A stretch of 38,720 bases of DNA, taken from the IMG/VR virus record IMGVR_UViG_3300047325_000062, positions 1 through 38,720 of that record, one strand, 5' to 3'. Position 1 is the first letter of the stretch. Every line of letters starts with the position of its first letter. The position numbers and the translations under genes were made by a program. Of the stretch, positions 16,988 through 25,778 are shown in pieces. The notes below the pieces were generated by a model, which ran no database searches, had not been told where the DNA came from, and saw only the letters and a program-made list of their open reading frames with translations. The DNA comes from a virus.

Positions 16988-19357
16988 CTAGTTGAGCGCA
17001 CTTGCGTCTTGTGGCTGATCGGACTCCTGCTCTCCCTGCCTAGAGTTAGTCGCCAGCGTTCCCGCCCGCCGGAAGTTTTCAATATACGCCCTCGCCTTCG
17101 GGCTGGGGACCATGCTCAACAGCGTCCGGCCCCTCTGCGTATCGAGGTTAACCGTCGGGTCAAATAGCAGCCGCGCCATCGCCTCATTCACCTTTTTGTC
17201 GCCGATGATCCCGAGGTCACGCTTGGCTTTGAGGAAGTCGCCTACCGCGCCGAAGTAATTTCCGCCGGCCGCTTTCACCAAGCCCTTCGTAGCATTGGCA
17301 GCAGCGCCCATGCCAAGTTCCGCATCTTCCGCCTGACGCTCCGCTGTTTGCGAGCCGCCTAGTCGCTTACCGGCCTGAACGAAGACTGTACGTTCGTCGG
17401 TCACTGCTTGAATAAAATCGTCAAACTTTTTTTGACTGCTGAACAATGGACGCAAGCGCTCTTTTATCATGTCGTTGAAGTCGTTCTTGTCCAAACCTCG
17501 CGCCGACGGGGACTTTGGCCCCGCCTTGCTAATCTCGTCTCTCCACCAATCCGCAACCCCCAGCTTAAAATGCTCTCTCTCCGCAGGACTCAAGGGATTC
17601 CAAACCTCTTGGACCTCTTCTGGATGCATGCGAAATATGTTGCGACCTTGCAAGACTAGGCCCGCGGCCTTCGCCGGCCCTGCCCAAGCTGCGCGAGCCT
17701 CTTTGTAAACCGGATTGATTTCGTCGATCTGATCCAGAAAATCCCTCCTGATCGTGTTGAGATTTTGAGCAATCTGACCTCGATCTCCGCCGTTCATGAA
17801 GTCCAGCTTGCCGGTCAGAGGATCGCGGAAGTCCTCTATGATCTTATCCATGCCTTTCTTGATGCTGTCGAGCAACCTCATATTCGGAACCCGATCGACA
17901 ATCGGCTCACCGGACTTGTCGTAACCTGTGATTGCATAATCGCGCGGATTGAACGGCTTTCGGTCTGCCAGGGCTTCAATACGTTGCACTTCAAGCCCTC
18001 TGGCGATCGCAGGCTTCATAATGGGATCGGAGATAATTTGCTGAATGTACGGGGACCATACGCCACCGCGCTGCCCCGCCGCCGCGGCTGACTGAGCCTC
18101 GCGGAGCCTGGCGAGAACCGCTTGCTTGGCTTGAACTGCGGCCTGAGCTTTCTGCTGCGCCTCTTGCAAAGCCGTTCGAGCCTGCGCCTGTTCTTTCAGC
18201 GCCGCACTCGCCATGTAGACGTTATCGCCGGCCCGCGAGACTTTGGCAGCAGCCACCGTCATCGCATTCTGGGCTTTCTGAAGATCCTTTCGAGCCTCCG
18301 ATTCGGCTTTCGACGTGTCGCGGAACACACCCTCAAACTGTTTTTCCAGGGGCGCAACACTGCCAGGCGCCATTGCTTTTTCGTAAAGCGGCGCCGCCGC
18401 GGCTTTCTGCGCAGCGGTCAAGGCTTTAACCGATTGCCGCATAGATGGCCCGGAACTGATGTGCGCGGCACCTATCTGGGTGAGCCTGGCGCCGGCCTCC
18501 CGCATCTGGTTTTTCGCTTGCTCCTCAGCGATGGACTTTGGCGGCCCCGGCTTTCGCGAAAGGCTGCCAGCCAAGCCCTGCACGTTTTTGCCTCCGGCAT
18601 CCGCAAGCGCCATCGGCGTGCCGCGCGCCCTGGCCGCATTGACCGCGGCGATCGCCTCTGTCGCGGACGGACCACCGCCTTTCTCATCGTCCGAAAACCG
18701 TTGCAGGACCTTCGCAACGGCCTGTGCCTGGGCCCTGTCAGCAGCGCCGGCCGGGGTCAGAGTGTTCAGGATCGCCTGCCTGGCAGGGCCAAGGGCGTGA
18801 AACAACGCGCCGAGTCCCGTCGCGGTCGCAGCTCCCTCCGCTGCGTTCTTCGCGCGCTCGAAAATTGGGCTGTCGCTTGTCGTCGGCTGCATGGCGCCGG
18901 TCGCGGCCCCCATGCCCGCGCCCTTCAGCAACCCAGCACCGCGGACGGCATAGTTCAGCGGATTGATCGCCTCTCCGACTGTGTCATGCACGTCGAAAGC
19001 GCCTGGAGCTAATCCAGCTTGCTGTCGAAGACGCCCCTTTGCGCCTTGCAGAGCAGCAGCCGCATCGTCATACCCCTGCTGCCGGTCTTTACCGATGATC
19101 CCGAGCCGCCCAGCTACATCTGCGGTACCCTGCATGATCCCGACCGCCGGCGTCGCAAACCCCAAAAGCATGCGCTCGGTTTGGTTCCACGGACCGGGTC
19201 TGGCCGCTGTTTGTGCAGACGCCGGCGATTGCGGGGTCTGTTGTTGGGTCTGCTGTTGATTCACCATCGGTGCTGCCATCCAGGCAGGCCGCGCCCCCTG
19301 TCCAGGCTGCGCGCCCTGGCTGACAATCGGCGCGCTCATCCAGTCTGGATCGGCCAT
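16988..19357 (-). CDS. Large virion-associated (internal/ejection-type) protein, 789 aa
   Basis: TGATG coupling to the upstream gene. Q-rich N-terminus, long Ala-rich helical segments, no enzymatic motif recognised. Function is inferred from size and context in a podovirus-like genome. Confidence 0.5.
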   Translation of the reverse strand: MADPDWMSAPIVSQGAQPGQGARPAWMAAPMVNQQQTQQQTPQSPASAQTAARPGPWNQTERMLLGFATPAVGIMQGTADVAGRLGIIGKDRQQGYDDAAAALQGAKGRLRQQAGLAPGAFDVHDTVGEAINPLNYAVRGAGLLKGAGMGAATGAMQPTTSDSPIFERAKNAAEGAATATGLGALFHALGPARQAILNTLTPAGAADRAQAQAVAKVLQRFSDDEKGGGPSATEAIAAVNAARARGTPMALADAGGKNVQGLAGSLSRKPGPPKSIAEEQAKNQMREAGARLTQIGAAHISSGPSMRQSVKALTAAQKAAAAPLYEKAMAPGSVAPLEKQFEGVFRDTSKAESEARKDLQKAQNAMTVAAAKVSRAGDNVYMASAALKEQAQARTALQEAQQKAQAAVQAKQAVLARLREAQSAAAAGQRGGVWSPYIQQIISDPIMKPAIARGLEVQRIEALADRKPFNPRDYAITGYDKSGEPIVDRVPNMRLLDSIKKGMDKIIEDFRDPLTGKLDFMNGGDRGQIAQNLNTIRRDFLDQIDEINPVYKEARAAWAGPAKAAGLVLQGRNIFRMHPEEVQEVWNPLSPAEREHFKLGVADWWRDEISKAGPKSPSARGLDKNDFNDMIKERLRPLFSSQKKFDDFIQAVTDERTVFVQAGKRLGGSQTAERQAEDAELGMGAAANATKGLVKAAGGNYFGAVGDFLKAKRDLGIIGDKKVNEAMARLLFDPTVNLDTQRGRTLLSMVPSPKARAYIENFRRAGTLATNSRQGEQESDQPQDASALN

Positions 19358-20925
19358 CAGGGTTTCCTGCGATGCGATCCGTCAGGTGCGATGAATTCTG
19401 CGCCAGACGGCAACTTCGCATAGTCGGCATCGGATTTGATCTGCGGCACACCCGAATCCCCCGGCCTTGACATGATATCACGCCCGGTTTTCTGCGAAGC
19501 CGTTTGTGCTCGATCAAGTTCCTGCATGATCTGGTCAGTCGCCGCGCTGATCTGGCCCTTACTCCATGCCTGATTCAGTAAACCATTCGCCTGCTCCCGA
19601 CTTGAGTTGGTCGCCGCGCCACCGCCATTGAGAAGGCGAGCGTAAATGTCCCTGACCGTTGCTACCGCAATGCCGAGACGGACCACGTTCGTATCACCTG
19701 TTCCCTTCTGTGCTGCCTCGATTAATTTGTTTACGGAAGGATATTCTGTTCTGTCGACCTTTGCCGACAACTCGTTGACCACAGGAATGGTCGCACGAGT
19801 TTCGTTGCCCAGCTGATCGAGAGGCACGGTCTTTTTCGCAAGTAGCCGCGCTGAGGTAATCAATCGGGCGTTATTCACCAGGAAGTCCTGCATGTCGTCT
19901 TCAGTGTAATTCGGGTGCTCCTCCTTCCACTTCTGCATGAGCATGCCGGTTGCCGTCTTAGGACCGGTATTCTGCCCAAGACGCGACATGCCGGCCGGTG
20001 CGCCGTCCATCGGAACGACTTCGCCGGTTCTGGCATTGCCACGATAAATCTTGCCGTCCTTGCCGGTGAAAATCTGCCAACCGCGTTGTGACAACCCTTG
20101 AGTCGCCAGCGCCATGGTCGCCTCACGCATTGCCATGCTGTCCGCATGAGACTGAGCGGTAGCCGCACGAGTTAGACGACGATCTTCCTCCGTATCCTCG
20201 TGCGCGGCCAAGCGATCGCGCTCCGATTGCTGGTATTGGAGCTGCTCTCGCCGCGCGTTCCACTGCTGCATAGCTTGAGGATAGAACTGCTGTGCCGTGG
20301 CAATGATCGCTTGCGGAGGAGGGTTCAGACCTTTTTGCTGGGCTCGGCGCGCTAGCGCCTGCGCGAGAGTTTGGAGCGAAGGAGGTGGACCGAGTGAATC
20401 CACACCCGGTGACTGGCTCATAGACTGACCAACCGGAATTGCCGGCGCACCTTGGCGCTGCGCTCCCGGCTGCATAAGACCCTGCGGCGGTAGACTAGGA
20501 GACATTCCGCCGGCCATCATCCCTGTCGGAGCGCCCATCGAGTTAGAAGGCGGCGCGCCTTGCGGCATCGGTCGCGCTCCAGGCAATCCACCTTGCATCC
20601 CGCCGGCGGCCGGAGGCTGGCCAGGCATTCCGCCAGCCATTCCACCAGCGGGCATTCCCTGCGCAGGCATCGGCTGATTTACGCTGTAAGGCTGCACCGG
20701 CAAGCTAGACGGCTGATCGCCTTGCGCATCAGCCAGCGCACCGTACACATCAAGCTTGCCTTGCCAGCCCGCTATCTGCGCCTGCTGTTGCATGGCCTGC
20801 AGCTCGACCTGCTTCTGCTGCATTTCGATCTGCGCCAGCTTCATCCGCTTCTGGCGGTCAATCTGGTCCTGATAGGTGTCGAGGGCGGTTGATAGTCCCT
20901 TTAGAAATCCCAGTCCGGCAGGCAT
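19357..20925 (-). CDS. Low-complexity (M/G/P/Q-rich) virion-associated protein, 522 aa
   Basis: N-terminal coiled coil (QKRMKLAQIEMQQKQVELQAMQQQAQ). It is followed by about 150 aa such as GMPAGGMAGGMPGQPPAAGGMQGGLPGARPMPQGAPP, then a globular C-terminal half. TAAATG coupling to the upstream gene. Confidence 0.5.
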   Translation of the reverse strand: MPAGLGFLKGLSTALDTYQDQIDRQKRMKLAQIEMQQKQVELQAMQQQAQIAGWQGKLDVYGALADAQGDQPSSLPVQPYSVNQPMPAQGMPAGGMAGGMPGQPPAAGGMQGGLPGARPMPQGAPPSNSMGAPTGMMAGGMSPSLPPQGLMQPGAQRQGAPAIPVGQSMSQSPGVDSLGPPPSLQTLAQALARRAQQKGLNPPPQAIIATAQQFYPQAMQQWNARREQLQYQQSERDRLAAHEDTEEDRRLTRAATAQSHADSMAMREATMALATQGLSQRGWQIFTGKDGKIYRGNARTGEVVPMDGAPAGMSRLGQNTGPKTATGMLMQKWKEEHPNYTEDDMQDFLVNNARLITSARLLAKKTVPLDQLGNETRATIPVVNELSAKVDRTEYPSVNKLIEAAQKGTGDTNVVRLGIAVATVRDIYARLLNGGGAATNSSREQANGLLNQAWSKGQISAATDQIMQELDRAQTASQKTGRDIMSRPGDSGVPQIKSDADYAKLPSGAEFIAPDGSHRRKP

Positions 20926-21753
20926 TTACCAGCCTCCTTGGTCAGAACCCGCACCTGACCAGATATTGCCTCCACCCCCGCCCATACCAAAAATGTTGGA
21001 CAGGCTACCTCCCGGTTGGAAGCCTCCGAGAAGGGTACCGGCGACGCCGCCAAGATCTTGCCAGAATGATTGATTCTGCTGCTCTTCCGCCCCGTACTGC
21101 TGCATCTGATCGCCAAACACCTGCTGGACCCAGTTGCCGGCTGTGTTAGTCGGGCTGCTGTACAGACCCTGCTCCGTCTGCAACGCGTTCAAACTCGCGT
21201 TGTTGATCGTGTTGCTCGTGGAGTAGGGCAACGCTGATCCGGCAGCACCGAGGTTCGTCCCCGCGCCGTAGCCCGAGGCAGCCGAGTCCAGAAGCGAGTC
21301 GTAGCTGCTGATGCCCTGGGATTCGCGCTGAAGCTGGTTGTTCTGCCAGTCGATATTAAAGTTGGACAGGGCCTGGTCCATCACCCCTTGCCCAAACGGT
21401 GTGGAGCCAACCCCGGAGGCGGCCAACTGCGCGCCAGCCTGGTCCTGCACCTGCTGTTGCGTGCGAGCATACAGCAGGTTTTGAGGGTCGAATGCGTTGG
21501 TCAGGATCTGCTGGCCATAGGGCAATGCGGAGTTCACAGACGAGAACAGATTACCCGATCCGGCTTGCGCCTGGCTGCCAGTCAGATTAGCGCCGCTCTG
21601 ATACCCGCCGGCGTACTGGTTGTTGATGATCCCGGAAACCGGCGCTGCGGCCTGCCCTGCAATCCCGTACTGCGCGTTCAGCCCGCTGTTGAAAATGCTC
21701 TGGGCATTACCGGTGCTAGGGGCTTGTGGGACCGATGGGCTGCCCATCCTCAT
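20926..21753 (-). CDS. Q/N/G/S-rich hypothetical protein, 275 aa
   Basis: Complete ORF, translationally coupled downstream. Composition is dominated by Q, N, G, S and A, and there are no charged clusters. Confidence 0.5.
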   Translation of the reverse strand: MRMGSPSVPQAPSTGNAQSIFNSGLNAQYGIAGQAAAPVSGIINNQYAGGYQSGANLTGSQAQAGSGNLFSSVNSALPYGQQILTNAFDPQNLLYARTQQQVQDQAGAQLAASGVGSTPFGQGVMDQALSNFNIDWQNNQLQRESQGISSYDSLLDSAASGYGAGTNLGAAGSALPYSTSNTINNASLNALQTEQGLYSSPTNTAGNWVQQVFGDQMQQYGAEEQQNQSFWQDLGGVAGTLLGGFQPGGSLSNIFGMGGGGGNIWSGAGSDQGGW

Positions 21754-22090
21754 TCTCCTTCGACTTCAGCCGGCGGTAGACAGCGAACGCCCCGCCCTCG
21801 ATCACGTCCCAAATCGTCCAACCCTCATCCAACCAATGCTGGTGATTGCCCTTGTCCATCGAGACATGCGCCTCGTCATAATCGTGCGGGTCGATGATGT
21901 CGGGCTGGGGTGCGTCAAGCGGGTGGGGCGCCTGTTCCGGATAGTCTTGCGGCACCAAGTCGTGAGCGCCGTCGATCTGCGGATGCTCCGGCTGTGCAGG
22001 ATGGTCGAGCGGCTCGGCCTCCCACCGACCGCCGGCGTCACGCCTCTGCTGGATCGGTTCGTCGGAGAAAGGAGGGTCGCTCATTCTCAA
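21716..22090 (-). CDS. Hypothetical P/D/H/Q-rich protein (124 aa)
   Basis: Complete ORF. It overlaps both neighbours, by 38 nt downstream and 53 nt upstream. Confidence 0.45.
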   Translation of the reverse strand: MRMSDPPFSDEPIQQRRDAGGRWEAEPLDHPAQPEHPQIDGAHDLVPQDYPEQAPHPLDAPQPDIIDPHDYDEAHVSMDKGNHQHWLDEGWTIWDVIEGGAFAVYRRLKSKENEDGQPIGPTSP

Positions 22091-22637
22091 GCTCCTGCGG
22101 ACTCAGGTCCGGCAGGGGCCGGTCCAGATATGCGCTGTATACGACTTCCTTGGCTGTCAAGCCACACCGCTCTAAAATCCGCCCAGATCGACCGTCTTTC
22201 GTCGTCAGCCGGCTCTTGATCTGAACCGTGCACGGCCGAGGCAGGGCTTTCAGAGCCTCCCGAACCAGGCGCATCCATACGAGCCCCCTGTCGCGCTCGG
22301 TCGGGACCACCCAGATCGTGTCTTCAACGGCAAACAAGCTGCCGCGGTATCGTTCCGGCTGGAAGAAGAAGAACGCAATATAGCCGACGATCCGGCCGCC
22401 GCGGCGAGCCACGAAAGCGCGCCATCCGCCATCCCGCTCCCGCTGCAGGTAGGCCAACCAATCGACCCGCAGCGGGACCTTGTCCTGAGAAGTGGCAATC
22501 TCGCGCCAGTGCTTATGCACCAGCGCCGGCAGCCCTTCGCCAAGCAGATTGATCAGCGGCTCCCAGGCGAAGGTCAGCCGAGGTTGCAGGGCGCCGCCGG
22601 CCGGTGTCAGCGAGCCTGGTTCGACGCCCACAGCCAC
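22038..22637 (-). CDS. GNAT-family N-acetyltransferase (199 aa)
   Basis: Typical GNAT core: ...GGRIVGYIAFFFF...LFAVEDTIWVVPTERDRGLVWMRLVREALKAL... This is beta4-alpha3 with an R/Q-x-x-G-x-G/A-like acetyl-CoA loop. Confidence 0.7.
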   Translation of the reverse strand: MAVGVEPGSLTPAGGALQPRLTFAWEPLINLLGEGLPALVHKHWREIATSQDKVPLRVDWLAYLQRERDGGWRAFVARRGGRIVGYIAFFFFQPERYRGSLFAVEDTIWVVPTERDRGLVWMRLVREALKALPRPCTVQIKSRLTTKDGRSGRILERCGLTAKEVVYSAYLDRPLPDLSPQELENERPSFLRRTDPAEA

Positions 22638-22696
22638 CCGATCACGATCGCCAGGACGTAGAGCCAGATCAGCCCCTCAAGCAAGGCGGGGCTCAT
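22607..22696 (-). CDS. Possible 29-aa single-TM peptide
   Basis: Hand translation gives MSPALLEGLIWLYVLAIVIGWLWASNQAR. ATGA-type overlap with the upstream small ORF. Confidence 0.35.
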   Translation of the reverse strand: MSPALLEGLIWLYVLAIVIGWLWASNQAR

Positions 22697-22827
22697 GCCA
22701 TGCGCTCCCCGGCGATGCGCGGAATGTCCGGCGGCGACTTCCGGGTCGCTTCGGCGTTCACGCTGGCTTTTGGCAGGCTGCGGGTGCTTTTGTCGTCAGA
22801 TGCGACACTGCCGCAAGTCTTCTCCAT
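22693..22827 (-). CDS. Possible 44-aa hydrophilic peptide
   Basis: Hand translation gives MEKTCGSVASDDKSTRSLPKASVNAEATRKSPPDIPRIAGERMA. A strong GGAGG lies 6 nt upstream of the ATG. Confidence 0.4.
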   Translation of the reverse strand: MEKTCGSVASDDKSTRSLPKASVNAEATRKSPPDIPRIAGERMA

Positions 22828-22896
22828 GGGGATACCTCCGGTTTGGTGGTGGGCTAAAATTCTACACACAAACGGAACGGCTTTCCAGGGCTTTGA

Positions 22897-23127
22897 TCAG
22901 CGAACTTCCTCAAGACCAAACTCCACCAGCTCGCGCACGGCCGCCGAGACGGAAACCCTGCCGCGTTGCGCGTAAGCCTGGATCTGGCCGAACGTCTCCT
23001 CGTCGATATCCAGCACCAGGCGCTTGCCGCCGCGGAATGTGCAGCCGGTGGCGAGTGCGACCGGCTGACGATCGACTAGAGCGCGCCCCAGCACACGGGC
23101 AAGCAGATCGGCATTGATGGGCCTCAC
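22897..23127 (-). CDS. Ribbon-helix-helix (CopG/Arc-type) DNA-binding protein (76 aa)
   Basis: The C-terminal KRLVLDIDEETFGQIQAYAQRGRVSVSAAVRELVEFGLEE fits the beta-strand/helix/helix pattern of RHH proteins. Confidence 0.6.
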   Translation of the reverse strand: MRPINADLLARVLGRALVDRQPVALATGCTFRGGKRLVLDIDEETFGQIQAYAQRGRVSVSAAVRELVEFGLEEVR

Positions 23128-23128
23128 G

Positions 23129-23542
23129 CTATTTCGCCACAGCCCCAGGCCCGATGCCCAGCAGCTCGTGGATCACCGCAAAAGCCTCATCCAGCCGCTT
23201 CTGATCCGCCGGCGACAGGTGGCTGATGTCCACCACGCGGCCATCCTCCGCCGGCGGTAGGTCGCTGACCTTGCCGAGCCCCCGGTCCAGCACCTGCTGC
23301 AGATTGATCGTCCGCACCCGGCTGTCCGGATCGTAGAGGGCCAGCCTGATGGTCTCGTCCACGGCCTCAGGCGAATAGTCGGCCATCCGCCGGGCAGCGG
23401 CCTTCTTGAGAGCCCGGATGCTCGACCGCCCGGCTGCAGAGCCCGAGGACGAGGTCCATGGCCTCAGCGCGCCCCCATGAGGCTGTGGGATCAGATCGTC
23501 AGACACAGCCGCCGATGCGCGCCTGCGGCCACGCTGCTCCAT
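23129..23542 (-). CDS. Hypothetical protein (137 aa), a possible small-terminase-like or DNA-binding protein
   Basis: First gene downstream of the iteron region. The ...PHGGALRPW... and ...RVRTINLQQVLDRGLGKV motifs recall helical small-terminase-type proteins. This is memory-based and unverified. Confidence 0.3.
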   Translation of the reverse strand: MEQRGRRRASAAVSDDLIPQPHGGALRPWTSSSGSAAGRSSIRALKKAAARRMADYSPEAVDETIRLALYDPDSRVRTINLQQVLDRGLGKVSDLPPAEDGRVVDISHLSPADQKRLDEAFAVIHELLGIGPGAVAK

Positions 23543-23583
23543 TTAACCACGGTGATGCCGCTCACACGACGCCCGAGTAGGGT

Positions 23584-23804
23584 GCGCCAAAAGCGCGCCA
23601 AAAGCGCGCCAAATCCAAGCCTTTGAAAACTCACGAAAGATGGCGAAAAACGCGCCAAAAACGACGAAAAACGGCGCCTAAGGATGATGGTTAGCGCCAA
23701 ATAGGGGGGTTTTACCCCCCCTATTTGGCGCAAACCATCCATCGGCGAAACGAAATTGCGCCAAAAGCGCGCCAAAAGATGGGTTGATTTCGGGCATTTG
23801 GCGC
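23584..23804. promoter_or_regulatory. Iteron cluster with a 16-bp-stem palindrome: putative replication origin or operator region
   Basis: GCGCCAAA(A/T) occurs in direct orientation at 23584, 23595, 23606 (11-bp phasing), 23652, 23694, 23758 and 23769. It occurs inverted at 23724-23731 and 23797-23804. Phased A-tracts lie at 23642-23675. A perfect hairpin pairs 23694-23709 with 23716-23731. Confidence 0.6.
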
Positions 23805-23825
23805 AAATCATGTGTGGGGGCAGAC

Positions 23826-25055
23826 TCATGTTGGCCTCTTCGAGTCATCCACTCTGACGCCGGTGAGGTTCTTCCGGGTAGCCGGGTGGCGGAAGTCTGA
23901 TTCGAACAATAAACCCGTATGGAGCCAGGCATCAATCATTGCTTGAGCTTGGGACTCGCTGACGTCGCAATGCCGTCGGATCACATCTCCGGCCCATCGG
24001 CCGGATCGCCCCCGAGCAGTGGCACCATACAGGACGCCGGGCTCTGGGCCGTCCGCCAGGTGGTCCAGGACGAGGGAGATCTGCTCCGGCGTTTGATGTG
24101 AGAACAATTTCGGTGGCGACCACGGCACGATGGCCGCCACGGTGTCGCCGTTCTGGTAGATAGGATCGGTATTTCCGAGCATCACTTGCTCAAGCCGGAA
24201 CCAGGTCGCTCGGTCTATCCTGGGTGAGAGATTGACCTTGCCGTCATCGACTCGGATGTAAGTGAATCGCTCCTCGACGGGTATATTAAGGGCCGCTGCC
24301 TCGTCTGCGGTCATGGTTTGCATAAGCAGACCGACCCTGGCGGAATCAGTCAGGCCCTTGGCGCCCCTGGCGGCCTCGATCGACCCCTCTATCGCGCCTT
24401 TTCGGACGTGGTGCACAAGGAGGATCGAGCAGCCTGTCGTACGGGCAACCCTTCGCCATGCCCGTGCCGCGGCGATCATGTCGGGATTGGAATTCTCTTC
24501 GAGGGAATGTGACTCGGCAAAGGGATCAATGACTAGGAGCCCGATCTCATGTTCGGTGATCTGATCGATCAGAGCGGCCTCGTCCGGGTAGACCACGCTG
24601 TAGCCGTCCGGACCGCGTTCGGCCATCCTCACCAGCCGGTCATCCATGGAATTGAGAAAGTAGCGTCCGACTACGTCCTGACTGTCTATTTTGTGCCGGA
24701 TCATGATGGCAGCGAGTCTGCGCTCAAGCTCCTCCATCGGGTCCTCGTTTATGATGGCGACGTTCACACGCTGCCAGACATGGAGATCGAGGAGCTTTTT
24801 TTTGGTGGCCAGAGAAAGGCCCGCAGTCATTGCATATATGCTCTTACCGGTTCCGCCTGGGGCCACCAGGACCGTGACGAAGCCTTTGAGCAGCTGGGTC
24901 CCGAGCAGCCACTGGCGGGGCAGGATCGTCGCGGGATCTGGTAATCTGGCTGGAGTGAAGACAAGCGGAGTCGATGTCTCGTCATCATGGGACGAGACTG
25001 GGTGTATCCCCCAAATTATGTCATCTCGACGCAATGCGGCGTTGCGATTGTGCAT
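23826..25055 (-). CDS. RepA-like (AAA_25/RecA-fold) replicative helicase/ATPase (409 aa)
   Basis: Walker A VLVAPGGTGKSIYAM. Walker B GLLVIDPFAESH. ILLVHHVRKG is typical of RSF1010 RepA / phage-plasmid primase-associated helicases. Confidence 0.75.
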   Translation of the reverse strand: MHNRNAALRRDDIIWGIHPVSSHDDETSTPLVFTPARLPDPATILPRQWLLGTQLLKGFVTVLVAPGGTGKSIYAMTAGLSLATKKKLLDLHVWQRVNVAIINEDPMEELERRLAAIMIRHKIDSQDVVGRYFLNSMDDRLVRMAERGPDGYSVVYPDEAALIDQITEHEIGLLVIDPFAESHSLEENSNPDMIAAARAWRRVARTTGCSILLVHHVRKGAIEGSIEAARGAKGLTDSARVGLLMQTMTADEAAALNIPVEERFTYIRVDDGKVNLSPRIDRATWFRLEQVMLGNTDPIYQNGDTVAAIVPWSPPKLFSHQTPEQISLVLDHLADGPEPGVLYGATARGRSGRWAGDVIRRHCDVSESQAQAMIDAWLHTGLLFESDFRHPATRKNLTGVRVDDSKRPT

Positions 25056-25485
25056 GTGCCAGCGTCCTGAGGAACTCGATCAAGGGCGTGTCCGGTATGC
25101 AGAAACCGCCCCTCTGGTTGGTGCGCTGGGCCGCCGCGAAGATTTCGTCGCCAGGTTGGCGCGCACGGATCAATGGCATGACAGCCCATCGGATCCTTTC
25201 TTTTGCCTCCCGGCAGTGGTTGAGTGCGTCTTTAAGTGCGGTTTGTGCGACGTGATCCACGAGGTGCATGTTTAAGTCGTTAGCTTTGGCGATATTGGCC
25301 GCCGCGTTGCTGATCTCCGCAAGAGCAAGGGATTCCGAGTCCTGATTGAAGACCACATGCAGCGCCCATCCATCAGCGAATGATTGCACACGAATGCGCA
25401 GCCACTTGATTTGGTGCTGGGTATCGGCGTTCTTTGGCGGGGGTGGCGTGTAGTCTGTCACGAGGTTTCGCCAGGCAACAAACAC
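25021..25485 (-). CDS. Hypothetical protein (154 aa)
   Basis: Complete ORF in the early-left operon. It overlaps the helicase start by 35 nt. No motif recognised. Confidence 0.5.
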   Translation of the reverse strand: MFVAWRNLVTDYTPPPPKNADTQHQIKWLRIRVQSFADGWALHVVFNQDSESLALAEISNAAANIAKANDLNMHLVDHVAQTALKDALNHCREAKERIRWAVMPLIRARQPGDEIFAAAQRTNQRGGFCIPDTPLIEFLRTLAHAQSQRRIASR

Positions 25486-25778
25486 GACGGGGGCGGAATC
25501 ATCCGCACGTCCTGGATTTCATACGCGGTCCCCGCGCGCACCAGTCTGCCAAGCAGGGTAAACCCGAGGGCGCAGTGCAACCGGAACTCGCTGCGATCGG
25601 CCGAGACATGACCGCGCCAGTGTTCGTTCGAAAGCGTGCCCGTCAATTCGACGGGATAGCGGTCGACGATTTTTCCAACTCGAAGCACCAGAGGCATCTC
25701 CGGTTCAGCATCGTGGACAAGCAGGCCACCGTCACGACCAATCGTACCACGCCATGAGCTGGTGTTGCCCATGGTCAT
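25458..25778 (-). CDS. Hypothetical protein (106 aa)
   Basis: Complete ORF in the early-left operon. Confidence 0.5.
   Translation of the reverse strand: MTMGNTSSWRGTIGRDGGLLVHDAEPEMPLVLRVGKIVDRYPVELTGTLSNEHWRGHVSADRSEFRLHCALGFTLLGRLVRAGTAYEIQDVRMIPPPSCLLPGETS

Noticed and set aside
18122-19012. 296-aa + strand ORF, and several other + ORFs between 17400 and 19420
   Set aside because: They are antisense shadows of the 789-aa - strand gene. They are Arg-rich and interrupt the operon logic.
23694-23731. The 16-bp-stem hairpin as a rho-independent terminator of the helicase operon
   Set aside because: No T/U tract follows the stem in either orientation, and the arms are iteron copies. A protein-binding or origin function is more likely.
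23491-23829. 112-aa ORF on the - strand across the iteron region
   Set aside because: Its sequence (..ARFWRN..LARFSPSF..LLARFWRTLL..) merely translates the GCGCCAAAA iterons and the palindrome. It also overlaps the start of the 137-aa gene.
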